Source: Actinomycetes bacterium
Lineage (GTDB): Bacteria; Actinomycetota; Acidimicrobiia; Acidimicrobiales; JAMCQF01
DNA: 64,000 nt
Assembly: GCA_021851885.1 (NCBI GenBank)
Contig: JAJZBS010000001.1
Coordinates: 24,491 to 88,490, forward strand
Direction of reading: 5' to 3'
A program made the translations under genes and the position numbers. Of the stretch, positions 37,341 through 46,973 are shown piece after piece; position 1 is the first letter of the stretch, and each line of letters starts with the position of its first letter. The notes under the pieces were generated by a model. The model did not search any database and had not been told where the DNA came from. It saw only the letters and a program-made list of their open reading frames with translations.

Positions 37341-39455
37341 TCAGTACCAGTGGACAGCGGTCAACAAGAGGTCGATCAACTTAATGAACACGAAGGGAAC
37401 GATGACGCCTCCGACGCCATAGATGAGGACGTTGCGACGCAAGATGGAGGCCGCGCCGGCCGGGCGCCATCGCACTCCTCGCAGCGCGAGGGGGATCAAG
37501 GCGATGATGACAAGGGCATTGAAGATCACAGCCGACAGCACCGCCGTCTTCGGGCTGTGGAGCTTCATGACGTTCAAGGTGTTGAGCTGTGGATAGGTGG
37601 CCACAAACAGGGCGGGGATAATCGCGAAGTACTTGGCGACGTCGTTTGCGACCGAGAACGTCGTGAGCGACCCACGGGTGATGAGCAACTGCTTGCCGAC
37701 CTCGACGATGTCGATGAGCTTGGTCGGGTTCGAGTCGAGGTCGACCATGTTCCCGGCCTCCTTGGCCGCGGTGGTGCCCGTGTTCATCGCGACGCCGACA
37801 TCGGCCTGTGCAAGCGCCGGAGCGTCATTCGTCCCGTCGCCGGTCATCGCGACGAGCTTGCCGCCCTCCTGCTCGGCGCGGATGAGGTCCATCTTCGCCT
37901 CCGGCGTCGCTTCCGCGAGGTAGTCGTCGACGCCGGCTTCCTGGGCAATCGCCGCTGCCGTCAGCGGGTTGTCGCCGGTGATCATGACAGTGCGGATTCC
38001 CACGGCCCGCAAGGCCTCGAAGCGCTCGCGGATCCCCTGTTTGACGACATCTTTGAGCTCGATCGCCCCCAGGACCTTCGGCCCGTCCGCTACGACGAGC
38101 GGAGTCGAGCCGGAGCGCGAGATGCTCTCGACGGTCGCCGTGAGATCCTGAGGCACCGCCCCGCCCTGTTCGGCCACCCACGCGCAAACCGCCTCGGCCG
38201 CGCCCTTGCGGATCCGGCGCTCCCCCATGTCGAGGCCGGACATACGCGTCGTCGCGGAGAACGGGATGAACGCCCGCTCGCCGGTGAGCTCGCGCTCGCG
38301 CATCCCGAAGCGCTCCTTGGCGAGCACGACGATCGAACGTCCCTCGGGCGTCTCGTCGGCCAGCGAGGCGAGCTGCGCCGCCTCGGCGAGCTCCTCCTCG
38401 GCTCCCTCTTCCACCGGCACGAAGCGCGATGCGATGCGATTGCCGAGCGTGATCGTACCGGTCTTGTCGAGCAGAAGCGTCTGTACGTCGCCAGCGGCTT
38501 CGACCGCGCGTCCACTCATGGCGAGGACGTTCTTCTGGACGAGGCGGTCCATGCCGGCAATGCCAATGGCCGAGAGCAACGCTCCGATCGTCGTGGGGAT
38601 TAAGCAGACGAGAAGAGCGACAAGGACGACCACCGAGACGCTGGCGCCGGAGTAGTGGCCAAAGGGTTGCAGGACGACGACCACGGGGAGGAAGACGATC
38701 GTGAGCGCAGAGAGCAGGATCGTCAGCGCAATCTCGTTCGGGGTCTTCTTCCGGTTGGCCCCTTCGACGAGGCCGATCATCCGGTCCAGGAAGGTCTGGC
38801 CGCGCTCGGCTGTGATCCGGACGAGAATCCGGTCCGAGAGGACCTTGGTCCCACCGGTCACCGCCGAGCGGTCGCCTCCTGACTCGCGGATCACCGGCGC
38901 CGACTCCCCGGTGATCGCCGACTCGTCGACAGACGCGATGCCCTCGACGATGTCACCGTCCGAGGGGATGAGGTCCCCCGCTTCGCAGACGACCAGGTCC
39001 CCTTTGACCAGCCCCGATGCCGGGACACGCTCCTCGGTGCCATCGGGGAAGAGACGGCGCGCCTCGGTCTCCGCCCGCATCCTCCGCAAGGCCTGCGCCT
39101 GGGCCATCCCCCGGCCTTCGGCCATCGCTTCAGCAAAGTTGGCGAATGTCACAGTGAGAAGGAGCCATACCGTGATGCTCCAGTCGAAGACGCCCGGATG
39201 GGCGATCGACTCGATCAAGGTCACGAGGCTGCCGACCAGGACGACGAACATGACCGGGTTCTTGACCTGGACGCGCGGGTCGAGCTTCTTCACGGAGCCG
39301 ATCGCCGCTTGGGCGAGGATCTCCCGATCGAACAGGCTCCGCTCCTGGGCCACTCCCCTGGCCGCGCCTGCACTGGCGTGGGCGGTAGCGGGCTGCGCGA
39401 CGTCGGTGACCACAGCGCTCGTCTCATGCCCGGTCTGCGCATCTGCGGTCGCCAT
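37341..39455 (-). CDS. kdpB: Potassium-transporting P-type ATPase subunit KdpB
   Basis: DKTGTIT phosphorylation site, [27 protein letters not shown]-terminal TM bundle. The ATG overlaps the kdpA TGA by 1 nt (TGATG). Confidence 0.96.
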   Translation of the reverse strand: MATADAQTGHETSAVVTDVAQPATAHASAGAARGVAQERSLFDREILAQAAIGSVKKLDPRVQVKNPVMFVVLVGSLVTLIESIAHPGVFDWSITVWLLLTVTFANFAEAMAEGRGMAQAQALRRMRAETEARRLFPDGTEERVPASGLVKGDLVVCEAGDLIPSDGDIVEGIASVDESAITGESAPVIRESGGDRSAVTGGTKVLSDRILVRITAERGQTFLDRMIGLVEGANRKKTPNEIALTILLSALTIVFLPVVVVLQPFGHYSGASVSVVVLVALLVCLIPTTIGALLSAIGIAGMDRLVQKNVLAMSGRAVEAAGDVQTLLLDKTGTITLGNRIASRFVPVEEGAEEELAEAAQLASLADETPEGRSIVVLAKERFGMRERELTGERAFIPFSATTRMSGLDMGERRIRKGAAEAVCAWVAEQGGAVPQDLTATVESISRSGSTPLVVADGPKVLGAIELKDVVKQGIRERFEALRAVGIRTVMITGDNPLTAAAIAQEAGVDDYLAEATPEAKMDLIRAEQEGGKLVAMTGDGTNDAPALAQADVGVAMNTGTTAAKEAGNMVDLDSNPTKLIDIVEVGKQLLITRGSLTTFSVANDVAKYFAIIPALFVATYPQLNTLNVMKLHSPKTAVLSAVIFNALVIIALIPLALRGVRWRPAGAASILRRNVLIYGVGGVIVPFVFIKLIDLLLTAVHWY

Positions 39456-41146
39456 CAGAACAGCCTCCCGTGGCTGAGCTGCTCGACGATGGGACCGAGC
39501 GACACCGCGGGGAAGAAGGTCAGGCCTCCGACGATCACGATCACCCCGATGAGCAGCCCTGTGAAAAGTGGCGCATCGGTCCGGAACGTCCCCGACGACG
39601 ACGGGACGACGTTCTTCGCGGCGAGCGTTCCGGCTAGGGCCAGGACCGGCACGATGATGGCGAAACGCCCGAGCAGCATGGCGATCCCACCCGTCACGTT
39701 GTAGAAGGCCGAGTTGCCCGCCAGGCCGGCGAAGGCCGATCCGTTGTTGTTCGCCTGTGAGGTGAAGGCGTAGAGGATCTCGCTGAAGCCATGGGGGCCG
39801 AGGTTCGACGGACCGGCTCTGCCCGCATGAAGCGACATCGCCAGGGCGGTCAGCACGAGGGCGGTGATCGGCATCACGAGGACGCCGAGCGCAGCGAGCT
39901 TGACCTCCCGTGCTTGGATCTTCTTGCCCAGGTACTCCGGCGTCCGACCGATCATGAGGCCCCCGAGGAAGACCGTGATGAGGGCGAAGAGCAGGATCGT
40001 GTAGAGGCCGCTACCGACCCCGCCCGGTGAGACCTCGCCGAGCATCATCCCCGCCATCAAGCCCAGGCCGCCGATCGGAGTGAACGAGTCGTTCGCGCCC
40101 GCGACCGCACCTGTCGAGGTCTGGGTCGCCGTCACGTCGTACAGCGAGGTCGGCATCGGCCCGAAACGCGCCTCTTTGCCCTGCATGTTGCCGGACCGTT
40201 GGTGCACGACGTGTGCCGCGGCGACCGCTGGGTTCGGTTGCGCCTCGGCGTACGAGGTCACGGCGAGGCAGGCAGCGAAGATGATCGCCATAGCCATGAG
40301 AAGGGCGAATCCTTGGCGGAGGCTGCCGACCATCTTGCCGAAGGTGTACGTCAAGGCGACCGGGATGCACAGGATCAGCGAGATGGACAGGAACAAGGTA
40401 AGTGCCGTCGGGTCCTCGAAGGGGTGAGCGCCGTTGGCGTTGAAGAACCCGCCACCGTTGGTCCCGAGCTGTTTGATCGACTCCATGAAGCCGACCGGGC
40501 CTCGGGGAATGACCTGCGTGACGCCGGTGAGCGCGTCGTGAACGGTCACGGGCCCGGCAAGGGTCTGGACGGCACCCTGGGCGACGAAGGCGATCCCGGA
40601 GATGAAGGCGATGGGCACGAGCACGTACAGCGTGCCGCGCACGAGATCGACCCAGAAGTTGCCGATCGTGCGCGACCCCTTGCGGGACAAGCCTCGGATC
40701 AGGGCGACGGCCACGGCAATGCCGACAGCAGCGCTGACGAACTGCTGGACGGTCAGGGCAGCCATCTGCGAGAGATACGACATGGTCGTCTCCCCCGCGT
40801 AGTTCTGCCAGTTCGTGTTCGTGACGAAGGAGACCGCCGTGTTCCACGAAAGAGCCGGTGACACTCCGGCGAGGTGCTGCGGGTTGAACGGGAGGCTGCC
40901 TTGGATCCGGAGGATCAGGTACGTGAGCAGAATGGCCACGCCGGAGAAGACGACGAGCGCCCCGGCGTAGCGCTGCCACGTCTGCTCAGCCTCGGGGTCG
41001 AGGCTGAGAGCCCGGTAGACCGGCCGTTCGATCCAACCGAGGAAGTGGACCCGCCCCTCGTAGACCGCCACGAGGTACGAACCGAGGAACCGCCACGCGA
41101 GGGCCAAGACTGCGACGAGCGCAACAATCGTCCAGAGGTACCCCAC
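39455..41146 (-). CDS. kdpA: Potassium-transporting ATPase subunit KdpA
   Basis: 563-aa polytopic protein with KdpA selectivity-filter-like [21 protein letters not shown] and NNGSAF segments. Confidence 0.95.
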   Translation of the reverse strand: MGYLWTIVALVAVLALAWRFLGSYLVAVYEGRVHFLGWIERPVYRALSLDPEAEQTWQRYAGALVVFSGVAILLTYLILRIQGSLPFNPQHLAGVSPALSWNTAVSFVTNTNWQNYAGETTMSYLSQMAALTVQQFVSAAVGIAVAVALIRGLSRKGSRTIGNFWVDLVRGTLYVLVPIAFISGIAFVAQGAVQTLAGPVTVHDALTGVTQVIPRGPVGFMESIKQLGTNGGGFFNANGAHPFEDPTALTLFLSISLILCIPVALTYTFGKMVGSLRQGFALLMAMAIIFAACLAVTSYAEAQPNPAVAAAHVVHQRSGNMQGKEARFGPMPTSLYDVTATQTSTGAVAGANDSFTPIGGLGLMAGMMLGEVSPGGVGSGLYTILLFALITVFLGGLMIGRTPEYLGKKIQAREVKLAALGVLVMPITALVLTALAMSLHAGRAGPSNLGPHGFSEILYAFTSQANNNGSAFAGLAGNSAFYNVTGGIAMLLGRFAIIVPVLALAGTLAAKNVVPSSSGTFRTDAPLFTGLLIGVIVIVGGLTFFPAVSLGPIVEQLSHGRLF

Positions 41147-41149
41147 CGC

Positions 41150-41239
41150 TCAGAACCGCTCTGCCCGGAACAGTGCGAACCCCAGATACACGAACAGGGC
41201 GATCGACACGGCAAGCAGAAGGCCATCGACGACGCTCAC
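41150..41239 (-). CDS. kdpF: Potassium-transporting ATPase subunit KdpF (29 aa)
   Basis: My own translation: MSVVDGLLLAVSIALFVYLGFALFRAERF. It resembles E. coli KdpF (...LLGYLVYALINAEAF) as I recall it. It sits 3 nt upstream of kdpA and is not in the ORF track. Confidence 0.8.
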   Translation of the reverse strand: MSVVDGLLLAVSIALFVYLGFALFRAERF

Positions 41240-41319
41240 GCGCGCTCCAACAGCCGGATAAGCCCGAACATCGCCCCGACGAACGCGACGACGCTCAGGA
41301 CGGAGAGAACGTCGGCCAT
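41236..41319 (-). CDS. Candidate 27-aa single-TM micro-protein translationally coupled to kdpF
   Basis: My own translation: ATG at 41319, MADVLSVLSVVAFVGAMFGLIRLLERA, with the TGA overlapping the kdpF GTG (GTGA). GC3 is coding-like. No clear SD sequence. Confidence 0.4.
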   Translation of the reverse strand: MADVLSVLSVVAFVGAMFGLIRLLERA

Positions 41320-41373
41320 GCAGGCATCATCGCCCGGATTCCCTAGACGGAACCTCAAAAGGACGGGGAGTTC

Positions 41374-41390
41374 CTAACAATTGACTAAAC
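41374..41390. promoter_or_regulatory. AT-rich direct repeat CTAAC-N6-CTAAAC (11-bp register) centred on a CAATTG palindrome; candidate KdpE operator / divergent promoter region
   Basis: This is the only AT-rich patch in the 41320-41515 intergenic region between the kdp operon and the plus-strand GT-C gene. It lies 55-70 nt upstream of the first kdp-operon ATG. It overlaps the inverted repeat ggaac...gttcc (41349-41374). Confidence 0.3.
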
Positions 41391-41515
41391 GGGACCTCGG
41401 TCCGCAGGTGCGCTCTGCGCCGCCCGCCGGGCTCGATGCCGGCGCGGCCGGAGTGGTCGCCGAACGGCCACTAGGGTCCATCGAGATCCCTGGCTGGCTG
41501 GCGTGACGATGACGC

Positions 41516-42898
41516 TTGTCCACAGCCATGGGCGAGGTGAGATGGGAGCAGATGAGCGCGACAGTCCCGGACGAAACAAGTGTGGTCCCGCCACACGCGC
41601 GATGGGAAAGTACCCAGGCGCGCTTCGCCCGGTTCGCCCGGGGCCGGCTCGACACGCCTCGTGGGTGGGTGCCGCCAGCTGTCGTCGCCGCCGGCTGGAC
41701 CCTATGGGGATACCTTCGCATGCGTCCTCCGGCGGGCGCACTGGCGAACCACCTTGCCGCGTACCGGCTCTGGGCCTACCAGCACCTCGCCTACTCGGAC
41801 CTGCTCGGCCTCTACCGGTCGCACGCGCTCTACAACCACGGGGCGCCCTATATCCACACGGCCATCGAGTACCCGGTCGTCACGGGCCTGTTCATGTGGG
41901 GGGCAGCTTGGTTCCCCGGGGTCCAGGGTTACTTGCTGGCGAGCGCCCTCGGGCTCGGAGCGTGCGTCGTCGGGTGCGTCTGGGTCTTGTTTCGCTCCTC
42001 GCCGAAGCACGCATGGATCTTCGCCCTTTCGCCACTCCTGCTCGTCTACACCCTTCTCAACTGGGACATCCTCGCCATCGCCCTCATGCTCGGCGGCTGG
42101 CTTGCGTTCCGCCAACGGCGCGACGCCCTTGCCGGCGTCCTCTTTGCTCTTGGGGTGTTCGCCAAGCTGTACCCGGTGGTCCTTCTCCTGTTCTGCGTCG
42201 CCCAGCTCTTCGCCGAGCGCGAAGATCCCACCGAGCGCCGCCGCCTGCGAAACCTCGTTGTCAGTGCGTCCATCACGGCACTCGTCGTCAACGTCCCCTT
42301 CGCCTTCGCCAACTCGAGGAACTGGTTGAACTTCTTCACCTTCAACGCGAGGCGCCACAGCAACAGCGGCGTGCTCAACGAGCTGCACATCGTCGCGGGT
42401 TGGCCGGTCGCCGGAGTCGATGCCCTCACGGCCCTTCTCGGCGGAGCCGTGGCCGCGTTCTTTATCTGGCGGGTCGTGCAACGGCGCATGCCTCCGGAAG
42501 TCGCCGCCGCGATAACGCTTGCGTCCGGGCTGCTCCTCAACAAGACCTTCTCCCCCCAGTACATGTTGTGGATCTTCGTCGTCGCCCTGCTGGCCGAATG
42601 GCCCACCTGGACCTACCCGGGCCTGATCATCGCCGGGCTGGTCGACTTCGCGAACGCCATGATCACGTTCAGCCTCGATCGCACCCACCCGGCGGCATGG
42701 ACCTGGTACTGGGGCCACGTCTTCCACCTCAATCTCGCACTGAGGAACACTGCAATCGCGACCGCCTTGGTCGGCGCCCTCTGGGCGAGCCGCCGCCAGT
42801 GGCTGCCCATCGCCGGGTCCCCCACCCCACCACCGGAGCCCCGCCCCGATCGCGCCGACCGGTCTCGATCCCTCACGAGCCCCGGGGCGGGAGCCTAA
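41516..42898 (+). CDS. Polytopic GT-C fold glycosyl/mannosyltransferase (DUF2029/GT87-like)
   Basis: At least 9 predicted TM helices, YIHTAIEYPVVTGLFMW loop motif, NWDILAIALMLGGW, KLYPVVLL. The family assignment is by resemblance, not by search. Confidence 0.7.
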   Translation: MSTAMGEVRWEQMSATVPDETSVVPPHARWESTQARFARFARGRLDTPRGWVPPAVVAAGWTLWGYLRMRPPAGALANHLAAYRLWAYQHLAYSDLLGLYRSHALYNHGAPYIHTAIEYPVVTGLFMWGAAWFPGVQGYLLASALGLGACVVGCVWVLFRSSPKHAWIFALSPLLLVYTLLNWDILAIALMLGGWLAFRQRRDALAGVLFALGVFAKLYPVVLLLFCVAQLFAEREDPTERRRLRNLVVSASITALVVNVPFAFANSRNWLNFFTFNARRHSNSGVLNELHIVAGWPVAGVDALTALLGGAVAAFFIWRVVQRRMPPEVAAAITLASGLLLNKTFSPQYMLWIFVVALLAEWPTWTYPGLIIAGLVDFANAMITFSLDRTHPAAWTWYWGHVFHLNLALRNTAIATALVGALWASRRQWLPIAGSPTPPPEPRPDRADRSRSLTSPGAGA

Positions 42899-42901
42899 GC
42901 C

Positions 42902-44029
42902 GTGGCGAAGACGGTCCGCGACACCCTCCAGCGACTCGGTCGCTTCGCCGGACGACCCGGTCTTATCTACCTGTGCTCCCGCGTCGGTGTGCTCCTTGTC
43001 GTTCTCACCGTCGTGATCGACGCGTCCGAAGGATTGGGCCACGGTCTCACCGCCTGGGACAGCCACTGGTACCTTGCGGCGGCCAAGGGATACCCACACA
43101 CGATCCTTTCCGGCCGGGGCAATGTGGCCCAAAGCTCCCTCGGCTTCTTTCCCGCGCTCCCCATCGTCATCAAGGCAGTCCACCTCGTCCTCGGTACGGA
43201 CTACACCCGTTCCGGTCTCCTCGCGACCTTCGCCCTCGGCATCACAGCCGCTGTCGCTGTGTGGCGGCTGCTCCAGGAGACCGATGGACGGGATCGGGCC
43301 GACCGCGGTACCGCCCTGTTGCTCTTCTCGCCAGGAGCGTTCGTCCTGTCCCTCGTCTACTCCGAAGGACTCCTGATCACGGCCGTGGCGATATGCCTCA
43401 TCGCTTTGCGCCACCGACGGTGGGTCGTCGCAGGCCTGTTCGCAGCGGTGGCCACGGCGACCGACCCGATCGGCCTCGCGGTCGTCCTCCCGTGTCTATT
43501 CGCGGCACGAGAGGCCATCTGGAAGAGCAAGGAACGGGACCTGACCTCACTTGCGGCCCCCCTTCTGGCCCCGATGGGAATCATCGGGTTCTTCTCCTTC
43601 CTCTGGGCATGGACAGGCACGCCGTTCGCATGGTTCGTCACCCAAAGGCGCGGATGGCAAGGAGGCCCACCGGCGTCCAGCATCCCCAAAGTCTTCGTCG
43701 ACATCGCGCAGCACGGATTCGTCAACCCGAACTCAGTCATCAAAGCAGCGAGCTTCCTCGTCTGCGCCGGCCTTCTCGTCGCATTCCTCAAGATGAAGCC
43801 GGGGATCCTGCTGTCTTCCTACGTCATCGGCGCACTCTTCTTCGCGGCCATGTCGCCGGTCATCGGCTGGACGCCGCGGGTCGCGCTGCGTGCGTTCCCT
43901 TTGATCGCGCTCGTCGGAGCCCGCATCCCAGAGCGCTGGTTCCCCCTTGTGTTGGCCACAACCGCCCTCGTCACGGCCGCCGTCACGGCCGTCTCCCTTG
44001 GTAACGCGCATATTCCGTTCACTCCCTAG
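42902..44029 (+). CDS. Polytopic GT-C fold mannosyltransferase (PIG-V / Mannosyl_trans2-like)
   Basis: WDSHWYLAAAKGY, SLGFFPALPIVIK, multiple TM helices. Starts 3 nt after the previous gene. Confidence 0.7.
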   Translation: MAKTVRDTLQRLGRFAGRPGLIYLCSRVGVLLVVLTVVIDASEGLGHGLTAWDSHWYLAAAKGYPHTILSGRGNVAQSSLGFFPALPIVIKAVHLVLGTDYTRSGLLATFALGITAAVAVWRLLQETDGRDRADRGTALLLFSPGAFVLSLVYSEGLLITAVAICLIALRHRRWVVAGLFAAVATATDPIGLAVVLPCLFAAREAIWKSKERDLTSLAAPLLAPMGIIGFFSFLWAWTGTPFAWFVTQRRGWQGGPPASSIPKVFVDIAQHGFVNPNSVIKAASFLVCAGLLVAFLKMKPGILLSSYVIGALFFAAMSPVIGWTPRVALRAFPLIALVGARIPERWFPLVLATTALVTAAVTAVSLGNAHIPFTP

Positions 44030-44083
44030 TTGACCCGCGGGTGCCCTCGGCCCCTCAGGCCAGGGCGCTACGCTCGCCAAGTC

Positions 44084-44998
44084 ATGCGACCCACCGGAAG
44101 AGTCTCCCCTCAAGCCGCGGCGTTGGTCGCTCTCGTCACTGTGGCCTTGTGCGCTGCTGCTTGCGCGTCGCCGGCCCCAACAGCGCGGTCCGGGGTCGTC
44201 CGGGTCGTCGCGGGAGAGAACATGTGGGGATCGATCGCCGAACAGATCGGCGGCAGCCACGTCATCGTCACCTCGATCATCACGAGCCCGACGGCCGACC
44301 CACACCTCTACGAGTCCTCGGCAGCCAATGCGGGCGCCGTCGCCCAAGCCGACCTTGTGATCCTCAACGGGGCCGGCTACGACACCTGGCTCTCCCAGCT
44401 CGTCGCCTCGACAAGCCGGCCCCGCCACGACGTCCTCACGGTCAGTCACATCCTGCACATGGCGGGTGCCGGCGCCAATCCGCACTTCTGGTACGACATC
44501 CCGAAGATCCCCACGGTGGCCGCCGCGATCGCCGCAGCGCTCAGTTCCGTCGACCCGCGCGACGCCGCCGCATTTCACGCCGGACTGCGGCGCTTCGACA
44601 TGTCGCTTACCCCCCTCGATACCGCGATTGCGCACATTCGGAATCTCGACAAAGGGGCACCCGTCGCCTACACCGAGCGGCTCCCCGCGTATCTGCTCGC
44701 AGCCGCCGGCCTCGACAATGTCTCGCCGATCGGCTTTGCAACCAGCATCGAGGACGGCGTCGACCCGAGCCCCGCGGACACCGCCGCCATGAACGCGCTC
44801 ATCATCGGGCACAAGATCCGCGTCCTCCTCTACAACCAGCAGACCGTAAGCTCGGTCACGGACCACGTGCGCGCCCTCGCAACCCGGGAAGGCATCGCCG
44901 TTGTCGCCCTCACCGAGACTCTCCCTCATCGGTACGCCACCTACCAGTCCTGGCAGCTCGCGCAGATAACGGCGATTGAGCGCGCGCTCGGTCGCTGA
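44084..44998 (+). CDS. Metal (Zn/Mn-type) ABC transporter substrate-binding lipoprotein, ZnuA/TroA family
   Basis: Lipobox-like VALCAAAC, then VVAGENMWGSIAEQIGG, ADPHLYE, NGAGYDTW, NPHFWYD. Start at the ATG at 44084, or TTG at 44030 per the track. Confidence 0.85.
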   Translation: MRPTGRVSPQAAALVALVTVALCAAACASPAPTARSGVVRVVAGENMWGSIAEQIGGSHVIVTSIITSPTADPHLYESSAANAGAVAQADLVILNGAGYDTWLSQLVASTSRPRHDVLTVSHILHMAGAGANPHFWYDIPKIPTVAAAIAAALSSVDPRDAAAFHAGLRRFDMSLTPLDTAIAHIRNLDKGAPVAYTERLPAYLLAAAGLDNVSPIGFATSIEDGVDPSPADTAAMNALIIGHKIRVLLYNQQTVSSVTDHVRALATREGIAVVALTETLPHRYATYQSWQLAQITAIERALGR

Positions 44999-45008
44999 GG
45001 AAGCCCGC

Positions 45009-46067
45009 GTGCCCAAAGGCCTGCACCAAGACCGGGGTGGCGCCGCCGTCTCGTTGCGTTCGGCCACCGCGCGCCTTGGGAGCAGGTCGGTCTGGAGCGA
45101 CCTCAGCCTCGATATCGCCCCCGGCGAGTGCCTGGCCGTTCTCGGTCCGAACGGTGCCGGCAAGACGACGCTGTTGCGCGTGCTCCTCGGCTTGCTGCCC
45201 CTCGCGTCGGGCACGGTCACCATCGACGGGCGCCCACCCCGGCGCGGCAGCGTCCATATCGGATACGTCGCGCAGCAGCGGGTCTTCGACCGCGACCTCC
45301 CGATCCGCGGGCGTGACCTCGTCCAGTTCGGCGTCGACGGCCACCGGCGTGGGCTCCCGCGAACCCGCGGGCGCGACGTCGACGCGGCGATCGCGGCGGT
45401 CGGCGCCACCGCGTTCGCGTCCTCGGCCGTCGGGATGCTCTCCGGTGGCGAGCAACAGCGCCTACGCATCGCTCAGGCGCTGGTCGGGCGCCCACGGCTG
45501 CTGTTGTGCGACGAGCCCCTCCTCTCCCTCGACATCGCTTCCCAACAGGGCGTGGTCCAGCTTCTCGAACGACACCGACGCGAGCACGGGACGACGGTCG
45601 TGTTCGTCACCCACGAGATCAACCCGGTCATCGGGTTCATCGATCGCGTGCTGTACGTCGCCGCGGGCCGTTGGGCCGCCGGGTCGACCAACGACGTGAT
45701 GACGACCAGCACCCTCAGCTCCCTGTACGGCACCCACGTCGACGTCGTGCGCGTCCACGACAGGATCGTCGTCGTCGGCGGCGACGTCGAGGGGGCGGCG
45801 GGTGTCCACCACCTCCACGGAAGCGATCTCGGTACCGGTCTCGGCGGCGTGCCTGAGGACCGGACCCGTGCGCCCGCCGATCACGAGGCGCACTTCCAAG
45901 ACGGCCACGGAAGGGACAGGCCCAGTGGGGACAGGCCCAGTGGGGACAGGCCCAGTGGGGACGATTGCGGCGATTGGCCCGGAGCGCCGAGCAGCGGAGA
46001 CGGCCAGGACGTCGCAGGACAGCCGGGCGCGCCAGACGCCGGCGGCAGCGACCCGGTGGGAGGCTGA
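45009..46067 (+). CDS. Metal ABC transporter ATP-binding protein with a roughly 100-aa His/Gly/Asp-rich C-terminal tail containing (DRPSG)x3
   Basis: Walker A GPNGAGKTTLL, signature LSGGEQQRLRIAQAL, Walker B LLLCDEP. The tail carries HHLHG and HEAHFQDGHG before the repeat. Confidence 0.85.
   Translation: MPKGLHQDRGGAAVSLRSATARLGSRSVWSDLSLDIAPGECLAVLGPNGAGKTTLLRVLLGLLPLASGTVTIDGRPPRRGSVHIGYVAQQRVFDRDLPIRGRDLVQFGVDGHRRGLPRTRGRDVDAAIAAVGATAFASSAVGMLSGGEQQRLRIAQALVGRPRLLLCDEPLLSLDIASQQGVVQLLERHRREHGTTVVFVTHEINPVIGFIDRVLYVAAGRWAAGSTNDVMTTSTLSSLYGTHVDVVRVHDRIVVVGGDVEGAAGVHHLHGSDLGTGLGGVPEDRTRAPADHEAHFQDGHGRDRPSGDRPSGDRPSGDDCGDWPGAPSSGDGQDVAGQPGAPDAGGSDPVGG
45913..45962. repeat. Perfect tandem 15-nt repeat gggacaggcccagtg x3.3
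   Basis: Read directly from the sequence. It is in-frame in the ATPase tail (DRPSG x3) and would read GTGPV x3 in the frame of the downstream permease ORF. Confidence 0.9.
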
Positions 46068-46071
46068 GGCG

Positions 46072-46932
46072 GTGGGCCTCTCCTTCTACCTCGGGCAGCC
46101 CTTCGCTCAACACGCCCTGCTTGCCGCATTCCTCGTGGCCCTGACCTGCGGGCTCATCGGTCCCTTCGTCGTCACGCGGGGCATGGCCTTCGCCGTGCAC
46201 GGCACCGCCGAGCTCGCATTCACTGGAGCGGCGGCGGGGCTGCTCGTCGGGAACAACCCAGTCGCCGGTGCACTCGTCGGCTCCCTGGTCGTCGCAACGA
46301 TGATCGGCCTGCTCGGCGCACGACCCCGCGAGCGCGATTCGGCGATCGGCGTGATCCTCGGTTTCGGCCTCGGCATGGGAGTCCTGCTCCTGTCCTACTA
46401 CCATGGCTTCGCGACGGCGGCCACGAACATCCTTTTCGGCAACATCTTCGGGGTCTCGGGCAACCAGCTCACGGTCCTCGTCGTCATCGGAATCCTCGTC
46501 GTGGCCGTCATGGCGACCTGGTATAGGCCCCTGCTGTTCGCCTCTGTCGATCCGGAGGTGGCCGAAGCGCGGGGCGTCCCCGTCCGGCGCCTCGGGCTTG
46601 TCTTTCTCGTCGTGCTCGCGTTGACCGTCACCGGTGCCGCCCAGGTCGTCGGAACGCTGCTCGTGCTCAGCCTCGCCATCACACCGGCAGCGGCCGCCCA
46701 AAGGCTGTCGGCCAGTCCCCTTGCCGTCGCTGTGCTGTCGATCGTCTTCGCTGTCCTGGCCGCCGACGGCGGTCTCGTCGCGAGCTTCGAGAGCAGCAAC
46801 GTCAAAGCGAGCGTCTTCGTGGCCACCTTCAGCTTCGCCATCTACGTCGTCGCGCGCGTCGCCGGACCGCTGGTGCGCGGCCGGAGAACGCCGATCCGGC
46901 ACCGTGCGACGGCAGGTTCCTCCTCGCCCTGA
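46072..46932 (+). CDS. Metal ABC transporter permease (ZnuB/TroCD family)
   Basis: Start trimmed to the GTG at 46072 (VGLSFYLGQPFAQHALLAAFLVAL). LIGPFVVTRGMAF, multi-TM. The upstream 90 aa of the track ORF overlap the ATPase tail. Confidence 0.85.
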   Translation: MGLSFYLGQPFAQHALLAAFLVALTCGLIGPFVVTRGMAFAVHGTAELAFTGAAAGLLVGNNPVAGALVGSLVVATMIGLLGARPRERDSAIGVILGFGLGMGVLLLSYYHGFATAATNILFGNIFGVSGNQLTVLVVIGILVVAVMATWYRPLLFASVDPEVAEARGVPVRRLGLVFLVVLALTVTGAAQVVGTLLVLSLAITPAAAAQRLSASPLAVAVLSIVFAVLAADGGLVASFESSNVKASVFVATFSFAIYVVARVAGPLVRGRRTPIRHRATAGSSSP

Positions 46933-46973
46933 CGAGTGACTTCGGACCCTTCCACCACAGCTCGCGCGGTGGC

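Noticed and set aside
37725-37742. tRNA T-arm-like GGGTTCGAGTCGAGG
   Set aside because: It is embedded in the kdpB coding sequence with no acceptor or anticodon arms around it. No other tRNA-like T-loop consensus was seen in the intergenic regions I read.
41503-44004. An 833-aa plus-strand ORF, plus the 570-aa and 578-aa minus-strand ORFs at 41702-43414 and 43733-45469, overlapping the GT-C and metal-ABC genes
   Set aside because: The translations are extremely Arg/Pro/Gly-rich with no hydrophobic helices or motifs. The alternative frames give coherent polytopic membrane proteins and an SBP/ABC set.
45802-46071. Upstream 90 aa of the metal-ABC permease track ORF (MSTTSTEAIS...GTGPVGTGPVGTGPV...)
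   Set aside because: It overlaps the ATPase tail in another frame and has no TM segment. The permease family N-terminus begins at the GTG at 46072.
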